Source of the DNA: an uncultured delta proteobacterium | Lineage (GTDB): Bacteria > Desulfobacterota > Desulfomonilia > UBA1062 | DNA: 64,000 nucleotides | Assembly: GCA_963752595.1 (NCBI GenBank) | Contig: CAVVYZ010000001.1 | Coordinates: 352,001-416,000, forward strand | Direction of reading: 5' to 3' | Shown: one piece after another, positions 1 to 10,856 of the stretch | Numbering within the stretch: position 1 is the first letter of the stretch | Layout: each line of letters starts with the position of its first letter | Translations under genes and position numbers: made by a program | The notes under the pieces: model-generated | The model's database searches: none | Seen by the model: the letters and a program-made list of their open reading frames with translations, nothing else | What the model was told of the DNA's origin: nothing

Positions 1-1
1 G

Positions 2-490
2 GGGGACTATTACACCGTGGAGCTCGGCACGGCAGTGCCCGAATACATGATCCTGCCGGGCGAACGGCTCTCTTCCGTAGGCAAGGGAGAGAGCGCGGCC
101 AAATACCAGAGCTTCAAGGACCTCTACGACTCGTTCGCGCTGTGCAAATTCTCGCCGCTTACCGCAACGCAGATCTGCCGGATCATGAAGGCAATTACAG
201 GCTGGGATGTCACGCCTGAAGAGATCCTCACCACCGGAGACCGCTCCATCAACCTGAAAAGGGCCATCAGCAACAAGCTCGGCCTCACCAGGGAGCAGGA
301 CAAGATCCCGAAGATCTGCCTGGAACCCCTGAAGGAGGGAAGCACGGCAGGAATCTCACCGGACATGGATCTCCTGCTGCACGACTATTATGCCTACCGC
401 AAGTGGGACTGGGACACCGGCAAGCCGACACGGAAAAAGCTCGACGAACTCGGGTTGAATGAAGTCGCCGGTGATTTGTACGGCTCGTGA
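2..490 (+). CDS. Aldehyde:ferredoxin oxidoreductase family protein, C-terminal part (5' end outside window)
   Basis: Frame is open from the window edge. AOR C-terminal motifs DSFALCKF, ITGWD..EEIL..GDR and YYAYRKWD..TGKPT..KL.ELGL are present. Confidence 0.9.
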   Translation, partial: GDYYTVELGTAVPEYMILPGERLSSVGKGESAAKYQSFKDLYDSFALCKFSPLTATQICRIMKAITGWDVTPEEILTTGDRSINLKRAISNKLGLTREQDKIPKICLEPLKEGSTAGISPDMDLLLHDYYAYRKWDWDTGKPTRKKLDELGLNEVAGDLYGS

Positions 491-844
491 GAGGGCAAAG
501 AAGAATGATAAGCTCATAAAGGCCCGGGCATCAAGGCGGGAATCTCCCCCGCCTGATACTCGGAGGGGGAAAATGAAGGGCGCTTCCCTGCTTGCCCATG
601 GCCGGCATCAGGAATAAATTTCGAGGATCGGAAACGGCCGGGGGTTTTCTTTTTCTTCAGCCAAGATGCATAATCAAATCGGATATCTCATTTTTATCGA
701 TTTCCAACCAATGTCAGTATTTTTAAGATTTTGTTGATATTTATCTCTTTTCCTCGATATAGTGCATCATTGTATAAGGGTTATGAAACACAAAGAAGAC
801 CGGCCCGCTATAAAAACGGCCGGCTCAGCAAAGGAGAGGCATCA

Positions 845-1222
845 GTGGAAAACCCGAACCCGTGTCTGACGTGCGGGGCATGTTGTGCATTTTTCCGGGC
901 ATCATTCTATTGGGCAGAGGCCGATGACACGACGCCGGGAGGCGTACCCGCCCATTTGACCAGGAAGCTCAATGACTTCAGGAGGGTCATGATCGGGATG
1001 GAAGGCAGTACCCCCCGGTGTATCGCCCTTGAAGGAAACATAGGAGAAAAGGTCCGGTGCAGCATTTATGAGAACCGTTCATCCGTGTGCCGGGCTTTCG
1101 ATGCCTCGTGGATAAACGACACGCCCAATGAACGGTGCGACAAGGCCAGGGCTGCCTGGGGATTGCCGCCGCTGGAAGAAGATTCCTGGAGAATACCCGG
1201 CAGCATGCCCAAGGTCGCCTGA
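845..1222 (+). CDS. YkgJ family cysteine-cluster (Zn/Fe-chelating) protein
   Basis: GTG start after a GGAGAGG RBS. Motifs [35 protein letters not shown]. Confidence 0.9.
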   Translation: MENPNPCLTCGACCAFFRASFYWAEADDTTPGGVPAHLTRKLNDFRRVMIGMEGSTPRCIALEGNIGEKVRCSIYENRSSVCRAFDASWINDTPNERCDKARAAWGLPPLEEDSWRIPGSMPKVA

Positions 1223-1285
1223 CCGCCTCGACCGGAGAAGATCTCGCCGGTACCTCGAAGAACGGAAGCGCTGCAGCAGAAGAAC

Positions 1286-2484
1286 CTATCCGGGCAATGT
1301 CAGTGCTTTTGCCATATTTCCTCCGAGCCGGATGCACTCCTCGAGCTGGTCCTCATCGGCCGAGCACTTTGCTTCGACCACGGGCTCGATGAGTTCCCAG
1401 GAGCTCTTTTCCGCAAAGGCCCTTAAATTTTTCACTGCGCCCCGGTCCATCCGTACGAGCCGAAGATCCCCAGCTTCCGGTCTTTCAAACCTTTTTCTTC
1501 CAGGAGTTCCACGAGATATCTCATAGGCGGGAACAGACCCATCTCGTAGGTGCAGCTTCCGAGAATGATTCCCTTGTACTGCCAGGCATCCCTGATGATG
1601 TATGAAGGACTGGTGCGGGAGACGTCGTGCATCCTGATTGTTTTTGCGCCTTCCGAGGCAAGGCCGCGTGCGACTGCTTCAGCCATTTTCAGGGTATTCC
1701 CGTACATGGAGGCATAGACAAGGACAATGCCCTGCTCAGCCGTATACCTGCTCCAGAGATCATACTTACCGATGACATACCCGGGTGACTTTCTCCAGAC
1801 CGGACCGTGGGTGGTTGCGATAATACCGATATCGAGGTCCTTGAGTTTAGCGATAGCTTTCTGCACCATGGGACTGAACTTCCCGATGATATTGGAAAAA
1901 TATCGCAGGAGCTCCCCATCGAAGTCCGATGTATTGATCTCGTCATCGAAAAGGCCGCCATCGAGGGTTTTGAACCCGCCGAAGGCATCGCCGGAAAAGA
2001 GCACCCTGGCGGTCGGGTCATAGGTCATCATGGTCTCCGGCCAGTGGACCATGGGAGTGATGACAAAGGAAAGGGTGCGGCTTCCGAGGCGTAAGGTATC
2101 GCCGTCCGAGACGAGCGTGGTATCCGACGCGATGCCATAGAAGTCTTTCAGGAATTCCAGGGTTTTTTTGTTCCCCACGATGTTCATGCCGGGGAACAGT
2201 CCTTTCAGCACCGGTATTGCTCCCGAGTGGTCAGGCTCTATATGGTTGATGATGAGGTAATCGATGTTTCTGCCCGCAGGCAGGGTTTTTCGTATGTTTT
2301 CCACATACTGAGCCAGGTGTGTCTTCTTGACGGTATCGATAAGAGCGGTCTTTTCGTCCATGATCAGGTATGAGTTGTACGAGATGCCTTCGGGCAGAGG
2401 CCACATGGCTTCAAAAAGATCCGTTTCACGGTCATTGACGCCTATCCACGATATATCCTGGGCGATCTCGATCGGATTAATCAT
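1286..2484 (-). CDS. fprA: FprA family flavodiiron protein (A-type flavoprotein); one apparent 1-nt deletion near 1440
   Basis: Motifs HIEPDHSG, HWPETM, FSGDAFG and flavodoxin SMYGNT. Adding one G to a G-run restores GSYGWTGGAV...EECIRLG...PG, ending at the stop at 1286. Confidence 0.9.
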
Positions 2485-2538
2485 GCATCACCTCCGTAAT
2501 CGAAACTGTTTTCCTATCTCATTGGGCGGGCACACCGC

Positions 2539-3879
2539 TCAGATCACGCTCAAGAGCTGAATATCGCACACATTCGTGTTCGTAGGGCCGGTAATGAAGA
2601 GCCCGCCTGCCTGTTTAAAAAACCCGTAGGAATCATTCTCTGCAAGATATTGCCCTGCATCCATACCTGATTCAACAGCGGCCTTGTATACCTCCGGGGT
2701 GACGATCGCGCCGGTTGCATCCGTGGGGCCGTCGTTCCCGTCGGTGCCCGCTGAAAGGAAGCACACCCCTTCCATCCCCTTGTTTTCCAGGAAATCGATG
2801 AGAAACGAGAGGGCCATTTCCTGGTTTCTGCCGCCCCGGCCTTTCCCCCTGACGGTCACGGTCGTCTCCCCTCCGGCTACGATCAGGGCGGGTTTAGAGA
2901 AGTCCGAGGCATTCCGGAGCATGTCCTTTGCCAGGGCGCTGAAGAACTTGGCAACCTCGCGCGCCTCCCCTGTAAGGGAAGATGTGATGAAGTATGCATG
3001 GTATCCGAGGGTCTCGCCATAATCTCTGGCTGTCCTGCACGCCTGGGTATTGTTTCCCAGGATGATGTTCGTCACCCGTTCGAATACCGGATCGCCCAGC
3101 TTGGGTGTCTCGGGGATGCTTCCTTTTTTCCCGGATTCGAGGAGTGCTATGACCGATGCTGGAAGCCGGTCTCTGATCCGGTACCTTTCTGCGATACGTA
3201 AGGCCTGGGCATAGGTCGTATCGTCCGCAGCGGTTATGCCCGAGGCTATCGTTTCGGGCCTGTCGCCGACCACATCGGAAAGGATGAGGTTGATCATCCT
3301 GGCAGGATGCGCAATACGCGCAAATTGTCCGCCCTTTACCCGGGAAATATGTTTCCTGATGCAGTTGACCTCTTGGATGGCTGCACCGCACTCGAGCAGG
3401 GTTCTTGTTGCATCCTGCAAATCCGTCAGCGTGATGCCTTCCCTGGGAAGGCTGAAAAGGGCTGATCCCCCTCCGGAAACGAGATTGATGATAAGGGTTT
3501 TTTCATCGGCCTTCATCGCCAGCTCAAAAAGGACTTCCGCCCCGCGGATGCTCCGTTCATCCGGGATCGGGTGGCCTGCCTCCATTACCCTGATCCGCTT
3601 GAGATCTTCGGCCTGTCCGACCCTTGTGATGACCGCACCCTGGGTAACCCTTTCCTTGAGGATTTCCTCCACGGCCTGTGCCATTTTTATCGAAGCCTTG
3701 CCCATGCCCAGGACAATGATGCTCCGATATGACTTCAGGTCCTCATGCAGTCTGCCGTGTACCGAGTCGATGGTGAGGATATCCCCCTGGATTTTCATGG
3801 CATCCTTAATCATCGAATAGGGGTCGACACGCTCCAGAGCTTTGAAAAATATCGAGCACAAATCATTCATCGGGTCCAT
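2539..3879 (-). CDS. Glycerate 2-kinase (type 2, DUF4147/MOFRL family)
   Basis: Motifs GKAS..MA, GHPIPD, LVSGGGSAL, ILSDVVGD, GGETTV, GGRNQE, GTDGNDG, TGPTNTNVCD. Confidence 0.93.
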   Translation of the reverse strand: MDPMNDLCSIFFKALERVDPYSMIKDAMKIQGDILTIDSVHGRLHEDLKSYRSIIVLGMGKASIKMAQAVEEILKERVTQGAVITRVGQAEDLKRIRVMEAGHPIPDERSIRGAEVLFELAMKADEKTLIINLVSGGGSALFSLPREGITLTDLQDATRTLLECGAAIQEVNCIRKHISRVKGGQFARIAHPARMINLILSDVVGDRPETIASGITAADDTTYAQALRIAERYRIRDRLPASVIALLESGKKGSIPETPKLGDPVFERVTNIILGNNTQACRTARDYGETLGYHAYFITSSLTGEAREVAKFFSALAKDMLRNASDFSKPALIVAGGETTVTVRGKGRGGRNQEMALSFLIDFLENKGMEGVCFLSAGTDGNDGPTDATGAIVTPEVYKAAVESGMDAGQYLAENDSYGFFKQAGGLFITGPTNTNVCDIQLLSVI

Positions 3880-4150
3880 GAGTTTACCCTTTAAGGGCGA
3901 AATGTTTGCGGGTGCACCTGTCTTTTTTTACTCTTGATGAAAACCAATGCAGCAATATGATTCTTTTATGATAGAGACCTTGGATATTCAAGTACCTTCC
4001 GAAGATAATTCACGGCGCAGGGCGATGAGTCTGTTAATGAGAAGCCTTTTTTTGCTGTGAGAAATCTGGTAACAATGCCTAAAGATCAGGGGGGAATACA
4101 AAGAACATTGCTTGCTTCCGGCTAAGGCAAAGGATGGAGGAGTCTTGCGA

Positions 4151-5029
4151 ATGCAGACGAGTGAATCTACCGTGCGGACCAACGGGATAGACATTGCCTT
4201 TGATACCTTCGGTGACAAGAGCTGTGAGCCTATGGTCCTCATCATGGGCCTAAGCTCCCAGATGATCATCTGGGAAGACGATTTCTGCACCAGGCTGGCA
4301 GCCAGGGGATATTGGGTGGTCAGGTTCGACAACCGGGACGTGGGGAACTCCACGAGACTCGATATGCTCGGCATGCCGAGATTCAAGGATATCATCAAGG
4401 GAATGGGAACCGGCATGCCGTATACCCTCAATGACATGGCAGATGACACCCTTGGTCTGCTGGAGGCGCTCCATATCCCTTCCGCCCATATCGTGGGCGC
4501 TTCCATGGGCGGCATGATCGCGCAGATACTTGCCATGGATCATCCCGAGCGGGTGCGCACGCTTACTATCATCATGTCCTCCACGGGCAATCCCCTCCTT
4601 CCTCCTCCGAAGCCGGAGGCTGTCCAATACCTGTTACGGCCTTTTCCCACGCAGAGAGACGAATATATCGAGCATTTCATCAAGATGTGGAAGATATTGA
4701 ACGGAGGCGAGTTGCCAATGGAGGAAGAACGTCTGCAGGAATTGGCAGAGCGCACCTTTGAACGAGGGGTATCTCCTGTTGCCAGCGCCCGCCAGCTTGC
4801 GGCGATCTTTGCATCGGGAAGCAGGAAGGATAGGCTTGCATCTCTTCATATCCCGACACTCGTTATCCACGGGGAAAACGATCCCCTGCTTCCTCTCGAA
4901 TGCGGCCTCGACGTTGCAAAGAGTATCCCCGGTTCCAAGCTCAAAGTTATCCCGGGAATGGGGCATGCCCTGCCGCCCGCTGTCTGGGATGAAGTCATCG
5001 AGGCAATTGCCGGACATGCACAACCCTGA
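4151..5029 (+). CDS. Alpha/beta-fold hydrolase
   Basis: FDNRDVG, nucleophile elbow GASMGG, IHGENDPL, GMGH. GGAGG RBS upstream of ATG 4151. Confidence 0.9.
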   Translation: MQTSESTVRTNGIDIAFDTFGDKSCEPMVLIMGLSSQMIIWEDDFCTRLAARGYWVVRFDNRDVGNSTRLDMLGMPRFKDIIKGMGTGMPYTLNDMADDTLGLLEALHIPSAHIVGASMGGMIAQILAMDHPERVRTLTIIMSSTGNPLLPPPKPEAVQYLLRPFPTQRDEYIEHFIKMWKILNGGELPMEEERLQELAERTFERGVSPVASARQLAAIFASGSRKDRLASLHIPTLVIHGENDPLLPLECGLDVAKSIPGSKLKVIPGMGHALPPAVWDEVIEAIAGHAQP

Positions 5030-5080
5030 AGACACATAATAAGTCGGAGGTCTTGATTCAGCACGGGATTTTTCCTATCT

Positions 5081-5176
5081 AATGAAGCATCTCCTGTCCT
5101 GTATCCTCTCCCCGGGGCACCCGCGAAACGGGTTGGGAGAGGAAGAAGGAGTAAACCCCTTAAGCCAAGCTTAAGG
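5081..5176 (+). repeat. Dispersed palindromic REP/MITE-like repeat, copy 1
   Basis: Shares TCCTGTATCCTCTCCCCG...GGAGAGGAA...AACCCCTTAAGCCAAGCTTAAGG with the reverse complement of 10969-11058. Confidence 0.75.
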
Positions 5177-5225
5177 CGGATTATTTGATTGAAAAGGAAA
5201 ACGAGAAAGGCAAGAGGGATAAGCT

Positions 5226-5735
5226 ATGGGAAAAATACGCAGTACCCTGGATATCGTCATGGATCGGACAAGGAATCTGAGCATGACCCAGGAAGAAAGG
5301 AACAATCTTAAATACAAGGAGCTCGCCGACTCGGCCAAGGCATGGGTTCGGAAATACCTTGATAATAAAATGACCCTGGACGATGTGGACTCGAAGCTCA
5401 AAGATGCCGGGGAAGACCGGCCGGAGCTGATGAAGCTGCTGAAAGCGGAATTCATCCGGGAGATCCGGATCGGAGAGGAAAACGTAAAAATTCCGGATGC
5501 CCTCCATGCCATCTGGGGCATCAGCAGGGATCTGATCATGCAGCGTATTGACGGCGAGCGGGCAAAGCTCCAGAGTCAGGCTGCCGGACAGATCGTCGCC
5601 TTGAAGGAAGGGTTTGAACGGCAGGGAATCAGGGGCAACTCGGTCGTTCCCAACCTGTCCACGAGCAAATCCTGGCAGGATACGGCCATGCAGGCCCAGC
5701 ATCACCTGACTGAGGAGTTGGAATCCCTTTTATAG
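5226..5735 (+). CDS. Hypothetical protein
   Basis: 169-aa ORF with a GAGGG RBS. The N-terminus MGKIRSTLDIVMDRT resembles a deltaproteobacterial hypothetical family (recognised from memory). Confidence 0.75.
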   Translation: MGKIRSTLDIVMDRTRNLSMTQEERNNLKYKELADSAKAWVRKYLDNKMTLDDVDSKLKDAGEDRPELMKLLKAEFIREIRIGEENVKIPDALHAIWGISRDLIMQRIDGERAKLQSQAAGQIVALKEGFERQGIRGNSVVPNLSTSKSWQDTAMQAQHHLTEELESLL

Positions 5736-6377
5736 ATACCTGAACCATTGGTCCTCGATGATCCTGTAGTTCTCCCGGACAGATTCGGCCCCTATGATAA
5801 CTCCGCCGTGGCCGCTGAGGACGTATTCGACATCGAGATTCATGATCTTCTTGATGCTCTGTTTAAGCTGCTCCCCGCTTCCTCCGGGCAGATCTGTCCG
5901 GCCGATCCCCTGCGGGAAAACGAGGTCTCCGGTAAACAGGGCCTTCTTTGCAGGCCAGTACAGGCAGATCGAGCCCGGGGTATGCCCCGGTGTTTCTATG
6001 ACTTCGAACTGATCGTCGCCTAAGGCAAGATCTCCGGATTTGAGGAAGAAGTCCGGCTCCGGGATCTTGTAATATTTTCCGGCGAGTTCCACGATGTAGT
6101 CATAATCCACGAGGCTCATGGTGAACCGGGTAGGGCTCTTCAGGAGCGTCACCGCTTCAAGATGGTCGGGATGTCCGTGCGTTACCAGCGCAATATCAAT
6201 CTTGCCAGGCGTGACCCCCAGCATAGCCAGCCCTTTCTGGACATGGCCGAAGAGGTGGGCATGTCCAGGATCAATGAGGATCTTTTTCGATGAATCGATA
6301 AAGAAAGAGTTGCAGTTATTCTGTGTGTAATCTTCCCAGATAAACGCGGTAAGACCATCAAATATTTTTACCAGCAT
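5730..6377 (-). CDS. MBL-fold metallo-hydrolase
   Basis: Motifs THGHPDH, TPGHTPGS, FTGD, GRTDLPGG, SGHG. Confidence 0.9.
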   Translation of the reverse strand: MLVKIFDGLTAFIWEDYTQNNCNSFFIDSSKKILIDPGHAHLFGHVQKGLAMLGVTPGKIDIALVTHGHPDHLEAVTLLKSPTRFTMSLVDYDYIVELAGKYYKIPEPDFFLKSGDLALGDDQFEVIETPGHTPGSICLYWPAKKALFTGDLVFPQGIGRTDLPGGSGEQLKQSIKKIMNLDVEYVLSGHGGVIIGAESVRENYRIIEDQWFRYL

Positions 6378-6469
6378 CTGGTATCCTTCCCGGGGATGAT
6401 GGTTCGGCAAGTGCCTGTCGAATCGATCCATCCCCGTACTTGTTTATTATATTATTCCGTAGGCCGGAC

Positions 6470-7048
6470 TTATACCTGGCCTTTCAGCCCGATCGCCTCT
6501 GCTGCTTCCCGCATGCCCATAATGGTGTCTTCGACGAGGCCGACTACATCAACCCCGAGCATCTGGGAGCCCTTGACAATGACGGACCGATCGACCCCTG
6601 CAGCAAACGCAGGCGATTTCCATTTTTTCATCACTGACTTCGCATTGAGGTCCAGCACGCTCTTGGACGGGCGGACAAGGGCGCTCGCAGCAACGAGACC
6701 GGTAAGCTCGTCAATGGCATACAAGGTCTTCTCGATCCTGCTGTGAGGCTCGACATCAGAGCACATCCCGAAGCCGTGCGAAACTACTGCGCGGACATAC
6801 TCATCGGGCCAGCCGTGCTGCTCCAAGATCTCTTTTGTTTTGGAGCAGTGCTGGTCAGGGTATTGCTCATAATCGAGATCATGGACAAGACCGATGATTC
6901 CCCATTTCTCTTCATCCTCACCTAATTTTCTGGCAAAGTACCGCATTACCGCCTCTACGGCGTATGCATGCTTGAGCAGGTTGTCTGATTTTGTATACTC
7001 TTGCAGGAGCTTGAGTGCATCTTCACGACCCGGAGCAGTTTTAGCCAT
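6470..7048 (-). CDS. HD-domain (HDIG-like) phosphohydrolase
   Basis: Motifs KHAYAVEAVM, GLVHDLDYE, DELTGL, FAAGVDR. GGAGG RBS. Confidence 0.9.
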   Translation of the reverse strand: MAKTAPGREDALKLLQEYTKSDNLLKHAYAVEAVMRYFARKLGEDEEKWGIIGLVHDLDYEQYPDQHCSKTKEILEQHGWPDEYVRAVVSHGFGMCSDVEPHSRIEKTLYAIDELTGLVAASALVRPSKSVLDLNAKSVMKKWKSPAFAAGVDRSVIVKGSQMLGVDVVGLVEDTIMGMREAAEAIGLKGQV

Positions 7049-7477
7049 GGTACCCCCTCCTCATATTATTTATTCAGGTTTCTTGTTTATATAGGGTTAT
7101 ATAGTGGTTTCAAGTTAAAATTTCCCGTGCCTTGCGTTTAATAAATATTATTTCCCCGGGACCTTTTTTAGGGGTGGTTTCGGCTCATACAATCAAAAGG
7201 GACTGTTGCCAAAAAAGCAATGTCGGGAAAAGCCCGGGAGAACCGTCTCAGGCTGAGATCCTGCTGTCAATTTAGGAGAATCCGATTGAAGAAAGATAAA
7301 GGAAAGCGTCTCTGGTTATAAAAGTGTGCATCAAACCTAAGTTTCTCATAAAAAGGGCAAAAATCTCCTTAAAATGAGAAAAAGAATTCACATAAGGGAA
7401 GGGGAAGGGCACTTGGAAAATTTCAAGCATCGATTATACATATGCAATATGACAGGAAATGCATCGGGATATTTCCT

Positions 7478-7494
7478 TTGGCATGGCTCTTGTA
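7478..7494 (+). promoter_or_regulatory. Putative sigma54 (-24/-12) promoter
   Basis: TTGGCATGGCTCTTGTA compared with consensus YTGGCACG-N4-TTGCW. Lies about 70 nt upstream of the ORF at 7564. Confidence 0.45.
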
Positions 7495-7563
7495 TCATTC
7501 AAACACGCTTCCCTGTTAGGAAATCACCTATGAAATATCTTTATTACGTAACAGGAGGAAACT

Positions 7564-7908
7564 ATGAGGACACCAATTTTGGGGGTTGCCGCCATTATAG
7601 GCATTGTGGCCGTTACCCTGTTTTTCATTACGACACAGGAGAGTGAAGCACGGATTTCCCAATCGGACATATCATCATCCTACCACCGGTATAAGCTACA
7701 GTATTCCTATAACGGAAAGATCTGGCACGATCTCATTACCATAGAAAACGGAGAACTCTCCAAGAACATGACGTACTTGAGAAGGGGTAATAAATTTCCC
7801 CTGCTCAGGTACTGGTATACGTACATCGATGAAGCAGGGGAACGCAGAGCCGTTTCCATCCCCCTTACGGTGGAAAACCCTCCTGAGGAAAAAGGCCGCC
7901 ACGCCTGA
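7564..7908 (+). CDS. Hypothetical exported or membrane-anchored small protein
   Basis: AGGAGG RBS and a hydrophobic N-terminal helix. Confidence 0.7.
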   Translation: MRTPILGVAAIIGIVAVTLFFITTQESEARISQSDISSSYHRYKLQYSYNGKIWHDLITIENGELSKNMTYLRRGNKFPLLRYWYTYIDEAGERRAVSIPLTVENPPEEKGRHA

Positions 7909-7937
7909 AGCATCTTACAAAGGAGTACTGCCCCGCA

Positions 7938-9161
7938 TCATTCGATGATTTCGATATCCAACGCAAACTTTGACAGCGGCTCGCATCCGTCTTTGCCGAT
8001 GAGGATAGGATTTTCGTACCGGAAGCCGATATTCTCCTGGGGGCAGGCGTACTGAAGTGCGCAGATGACGATCTCGTTTTCCTGGTAGATGTGCTCGGGA
8101 TTGGTCCAGTAGGGGAGCGGCCCGTCGTTCATACCGATCCTCCATTCATCCCCCACCATCCCGATGCCGTGCTCGAATCCCGGGACCATATACTCTGCAA
8201 ACCCTCTTGTTTCCGCAAAGTCCATCATCTGCTCCGCAATACTCACGGGCGATATGCCTGCCCGGTAGGTTTTCAGGGTAAGCGATACGATATCGATAAA
8301 ATTCCGGGCGTGCAGGAGGCGGCGGTCTGTTGCGGTGCCGAGGAGATAGTTGTGTGCATGGTCGCCCAGGCTGAGCTTGAACATGGCATGGATATCCACC
8401 ATGAGGGCTTCACCGTAGATAAGTTTCCTTGTGGTTGCAGGTGTGCAGGCTCCCCCGGCAAGGCCTGTCCGGTATCCGCTCGCGATCTCGTTGCCGCCGG
8501 TAAAAGACCATTCCCAGACACTCCCTGCTCTTCGCATGGCCAGTGCTGCAATCCCTGCGATCTCCGTCTCGGTCATGCCTTTCCATCCGCCGTGGGATAT
8601 GGCCTCTTTCACCGCTTCATGGCCGCAATCCACAATCCGGGAAGCCTCCCTGAACCGGTTGATGATGCCCTGGTCCTTGATCAGAGACAAGCCATCGATG
8701 ATGTGGTGGCTGTTTACGAACTCGAACCCCGATAACGCCGATCGGAAGCTCTCATACTCGTAATAGGTAAGGTTGCCTTCGGGAAGATAATTGGACATGC
8801 CGCTCTCGAAGCCGATGCGTCCTTTTGTGAGCCCGAGACTATCCAATATGAAATCGGTTATCTGCGTGATCTGGTCCATTCCGCCCACGGGCGCATATCC
8901 CAGGACATGGTCCTCATCCAGCCATGACTCGTCCGCAACCCGGGCAGCATCGATGACAAAGGTGAATACCGTGGGCAGGCCTTCCGCAGGTATCACGACG
9001 TAAGATCTCCAGGGACAGAAGGCATCCGTTACCCACGACAGCGTGCGCAAGCGCGAACCCAGGTAGACATCGATATTTTCCCGGGCCATTATGGCCTGGA
9101 TCTGTATGACTCTCCCAGGGCAGTCGATACCATACGGGTCGTTCAGGGTATGTATTGTCAT
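7938..9161 (-). CDS. M24 family (Xaa-Pro peptidase/creatinase-like) protein
   Basis: Creatinase-N-like N-terminus. Pita-bread fold motifs GMTETEI, VD...GD, HGIG, GFRYEN. Confidence 0.82.
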   Translation of the reverse strand: MTIHTLNDPYGIDCPGRVIQIQAIMARENIDVYLGSRLRTLSWVTDAFCPWRSYVVIPAEGLPTVFTFVIDAARVADESWLDEDHVLGYAPVGGMDQITQITDFILDSLGLTKGRIGFESGMSNYLPEGNLTYYEYESFRSALSGFEFVNSHHIIDGLSLIKDQGIINRFREASRIVDCGHEAVKEAISHGGWKGMTETEIAGIAALAMRRAGSVWEWSFTGGNEIASGYRTGLAGGACTPATTRKLIYGEALMVDIHAMFKLSLGDHAHNYLLGTATDRRLLHARNFIDIVSLTLKTYRAGISPVSIAEQMMDFAETRGFAEYMVPGFEHGIGMVGDEWRIGMNDGPLPYWTNPEHIYQENEIVICALQYACPQENIGFRYENPILIGKDGCEPLSKFALDIEIIE

Positions 9162-9173
9162 CGTGCCTCCTGT

Positions 9174-9575
9174 TCAGTAGAGTGCTGGGATCCCGGCCAT
9201 AACCTTGTTGATCCGGTCGGCCAGAGACGCGAGCTTGAGCGCTTTGACCATATTGCCCTTAACTTTCAGCTTGCCGCTCATGAGCGCCCGCTGGGATGAC
9301 ATGAGCCCCTGGGTGACTTGTGCAAAGAGATCATAGTTCCCGCTGATGACGAATTCTGCCTGGCGGGAGCCTGCATCCTCGAGGGCTACCTCGGTGATGT
9401 TCCCTTCCTTGCACTGAAAGTAGAGGCACCGATCCTTCCCGTCCGGGCAGTTCAGATAGTTGAACGATACCGAGGTGGTGACGTATTTCATCTTCTCGGG
9501 GCTCAACAATTCCTTCAGGCGCTTTTCCACCTCGTCACGCCATGCCGTGCTCAGGTACATGAGCTTCTCTGTCAT
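9174..9575 (-). CDS. SCP2 sterol/lipid-binding domain protein
   Basis: Motif ALMSGKLKVKGNM. GAGGAGG RBS before ATG 9575. Confidence 0.88.
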   Translation of the reverse strand: MTEKLMYLSTAWRDEVEKRLKELLSPEKMKYVTTSVSFNYLNCPDGKDRCLYFQCKEGNITEVALEDAGSRQAEFVISGNYDLFAQVTQGLMSSQRALMSGKLKVKGNMVKALKLASLADRINKVMAGIPALY

Positions 9576-9884
9576 CGCTCCCTCCTCTTCTCTGACCATA
9601 GGTTCATGCTCGGAACGGCCGGTCTTTCTAATGCCAATGATCAGTAACAAATAAATACCATACAGCTCTTCGGCCAACAATGAAAAAATGAACAAAAAGT
9701 TAATTGATTCACAAACTGACATCTGCCGGGACGCAGTTCTGATCAGGTATGGGCACATGGTAAAATGGGTTGATGCCTTGAGTTTATTCGGTGACAGGTG
9801 ATTCAGTCCCGGCTCTGGCTCGGGAGATGCAGAAAGAATCAGGCTACGCTGCCGGCAACCTGCCGGCAGCGTAGAGGCAGGCTT

Positions 9885-10856
9885 TTATTTCCCGTTGCTC
9901 GAGTGGTCCTGGGAGTCGGATCTGGGGTCTTTCAGTGTTCCCTGCAGGAAAGAGGTATAGATGTGTGCCGTCTCTTTCGGGATTTCGAGCATGGGCATAT
10001 GCCCGCAGTCTCTGAAAATGACGGTTTTGATCTGAGGAATTCCCTTTTCAAAGACACTGACGGTCGAGATGTGGATTATCCTGTCCTTATCACCCCAGAA
10101 GAGAAGGACCGGCATGGTGAGGTTTTCGAAGTAGTTGGCGATGTCCAGCCTGTTTTCCCAGACATCGTTCCATAATTTTTGATTGAACTCACTGCGCTCC
10201 ATGTACTTCTCGGCCAGTACTGTGCGGGCGGGCCAGGGCATGAAAGGCTGCTTGTGAAATCCGTACGTCAGCAATTCGTCAAACTCGGCCTTTGTTTTGG
10301 GAACAAGGGGATTTACCCCGCGCATCAAGGCAAGCTCGCGGTCGCTCGGCTGGGGAGACTTGGCGCCGGCAGGATCGATAAGGCAGAGCGACAGCACCTT
10401 TCCCGGGTGGTCCGAGCTGTAGAGAGTGCCCACATATCCGCCCATGGAATTTCCCACCAGGTGAAAACGATCTAAATGCAGTGCAGTTACCGTATCGGCA
10501 AAGCCATCGGTGATGTAATCGATCGAATAGGTTGTCTTGAGATCCCTGGCATTGTCACCGTGCCCCGGGAGATCGACTGCGATAATGCGGTACTCTCTGG
10601 GGATATACCGTGCAAACCTGACCCAGTTGTCCTTATCTGCACCAAAACCGTGCAGCATCATAATCGTCTCTCCAGAACCCGGGCGTTCAAGGTAGGAAAC
10701 GGGAAGCTTGCCTACCTGAATGGTCTTCGGTTCGAGCTTTGAGAGCTTCCGCTCCAGGGAAAGGCCTGAATCGAAAAGAGACTGTCTGAACCCGGCGCAC
10801 CCGCAAAGAGATACTATTACGCACAGGGCAATAAACGTGCAGATCCTTCTACGCAT
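9885..10856 (-). CDS. Exported alpha/beta hydrolase (lipase-like, possibly a lipoprotein)
   Basis: Signal peptide with LCGC. Motifs LHGFGADKDNW, DLPGHG, GNSMGG, WGDKD, CGH.PM.E. Confidence 0.88.
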   Translation of the reverse strand: MRRRICTFIALCVIVSLCGCAGFRQSLFDSGLSLERKLSKLEPKTIQVGKLPVSYLERPGSGETIMMLHGFGADKDNWVRFARYIPREYRIIAVDLPGHGDNARDLKTTYSIDYITDGFADTVTALHLDRFHLVGNSMGGYVGTLYSSDHPGKVLSLCLIDPAGAKSPQPSDRELALMRGVNPLVPKTKAEFDELLTYGFHKQPFMPWPARTVLAEKYMERSEFNQKLWNDVWENRLDIANYFENLTMPVLLFWGDKDRIIHISTVSVFEKGIPQIKTVIFRDCGHMPMLEIPKETAHIYTSFLQGTLKDPRSDSQDHSSNGK

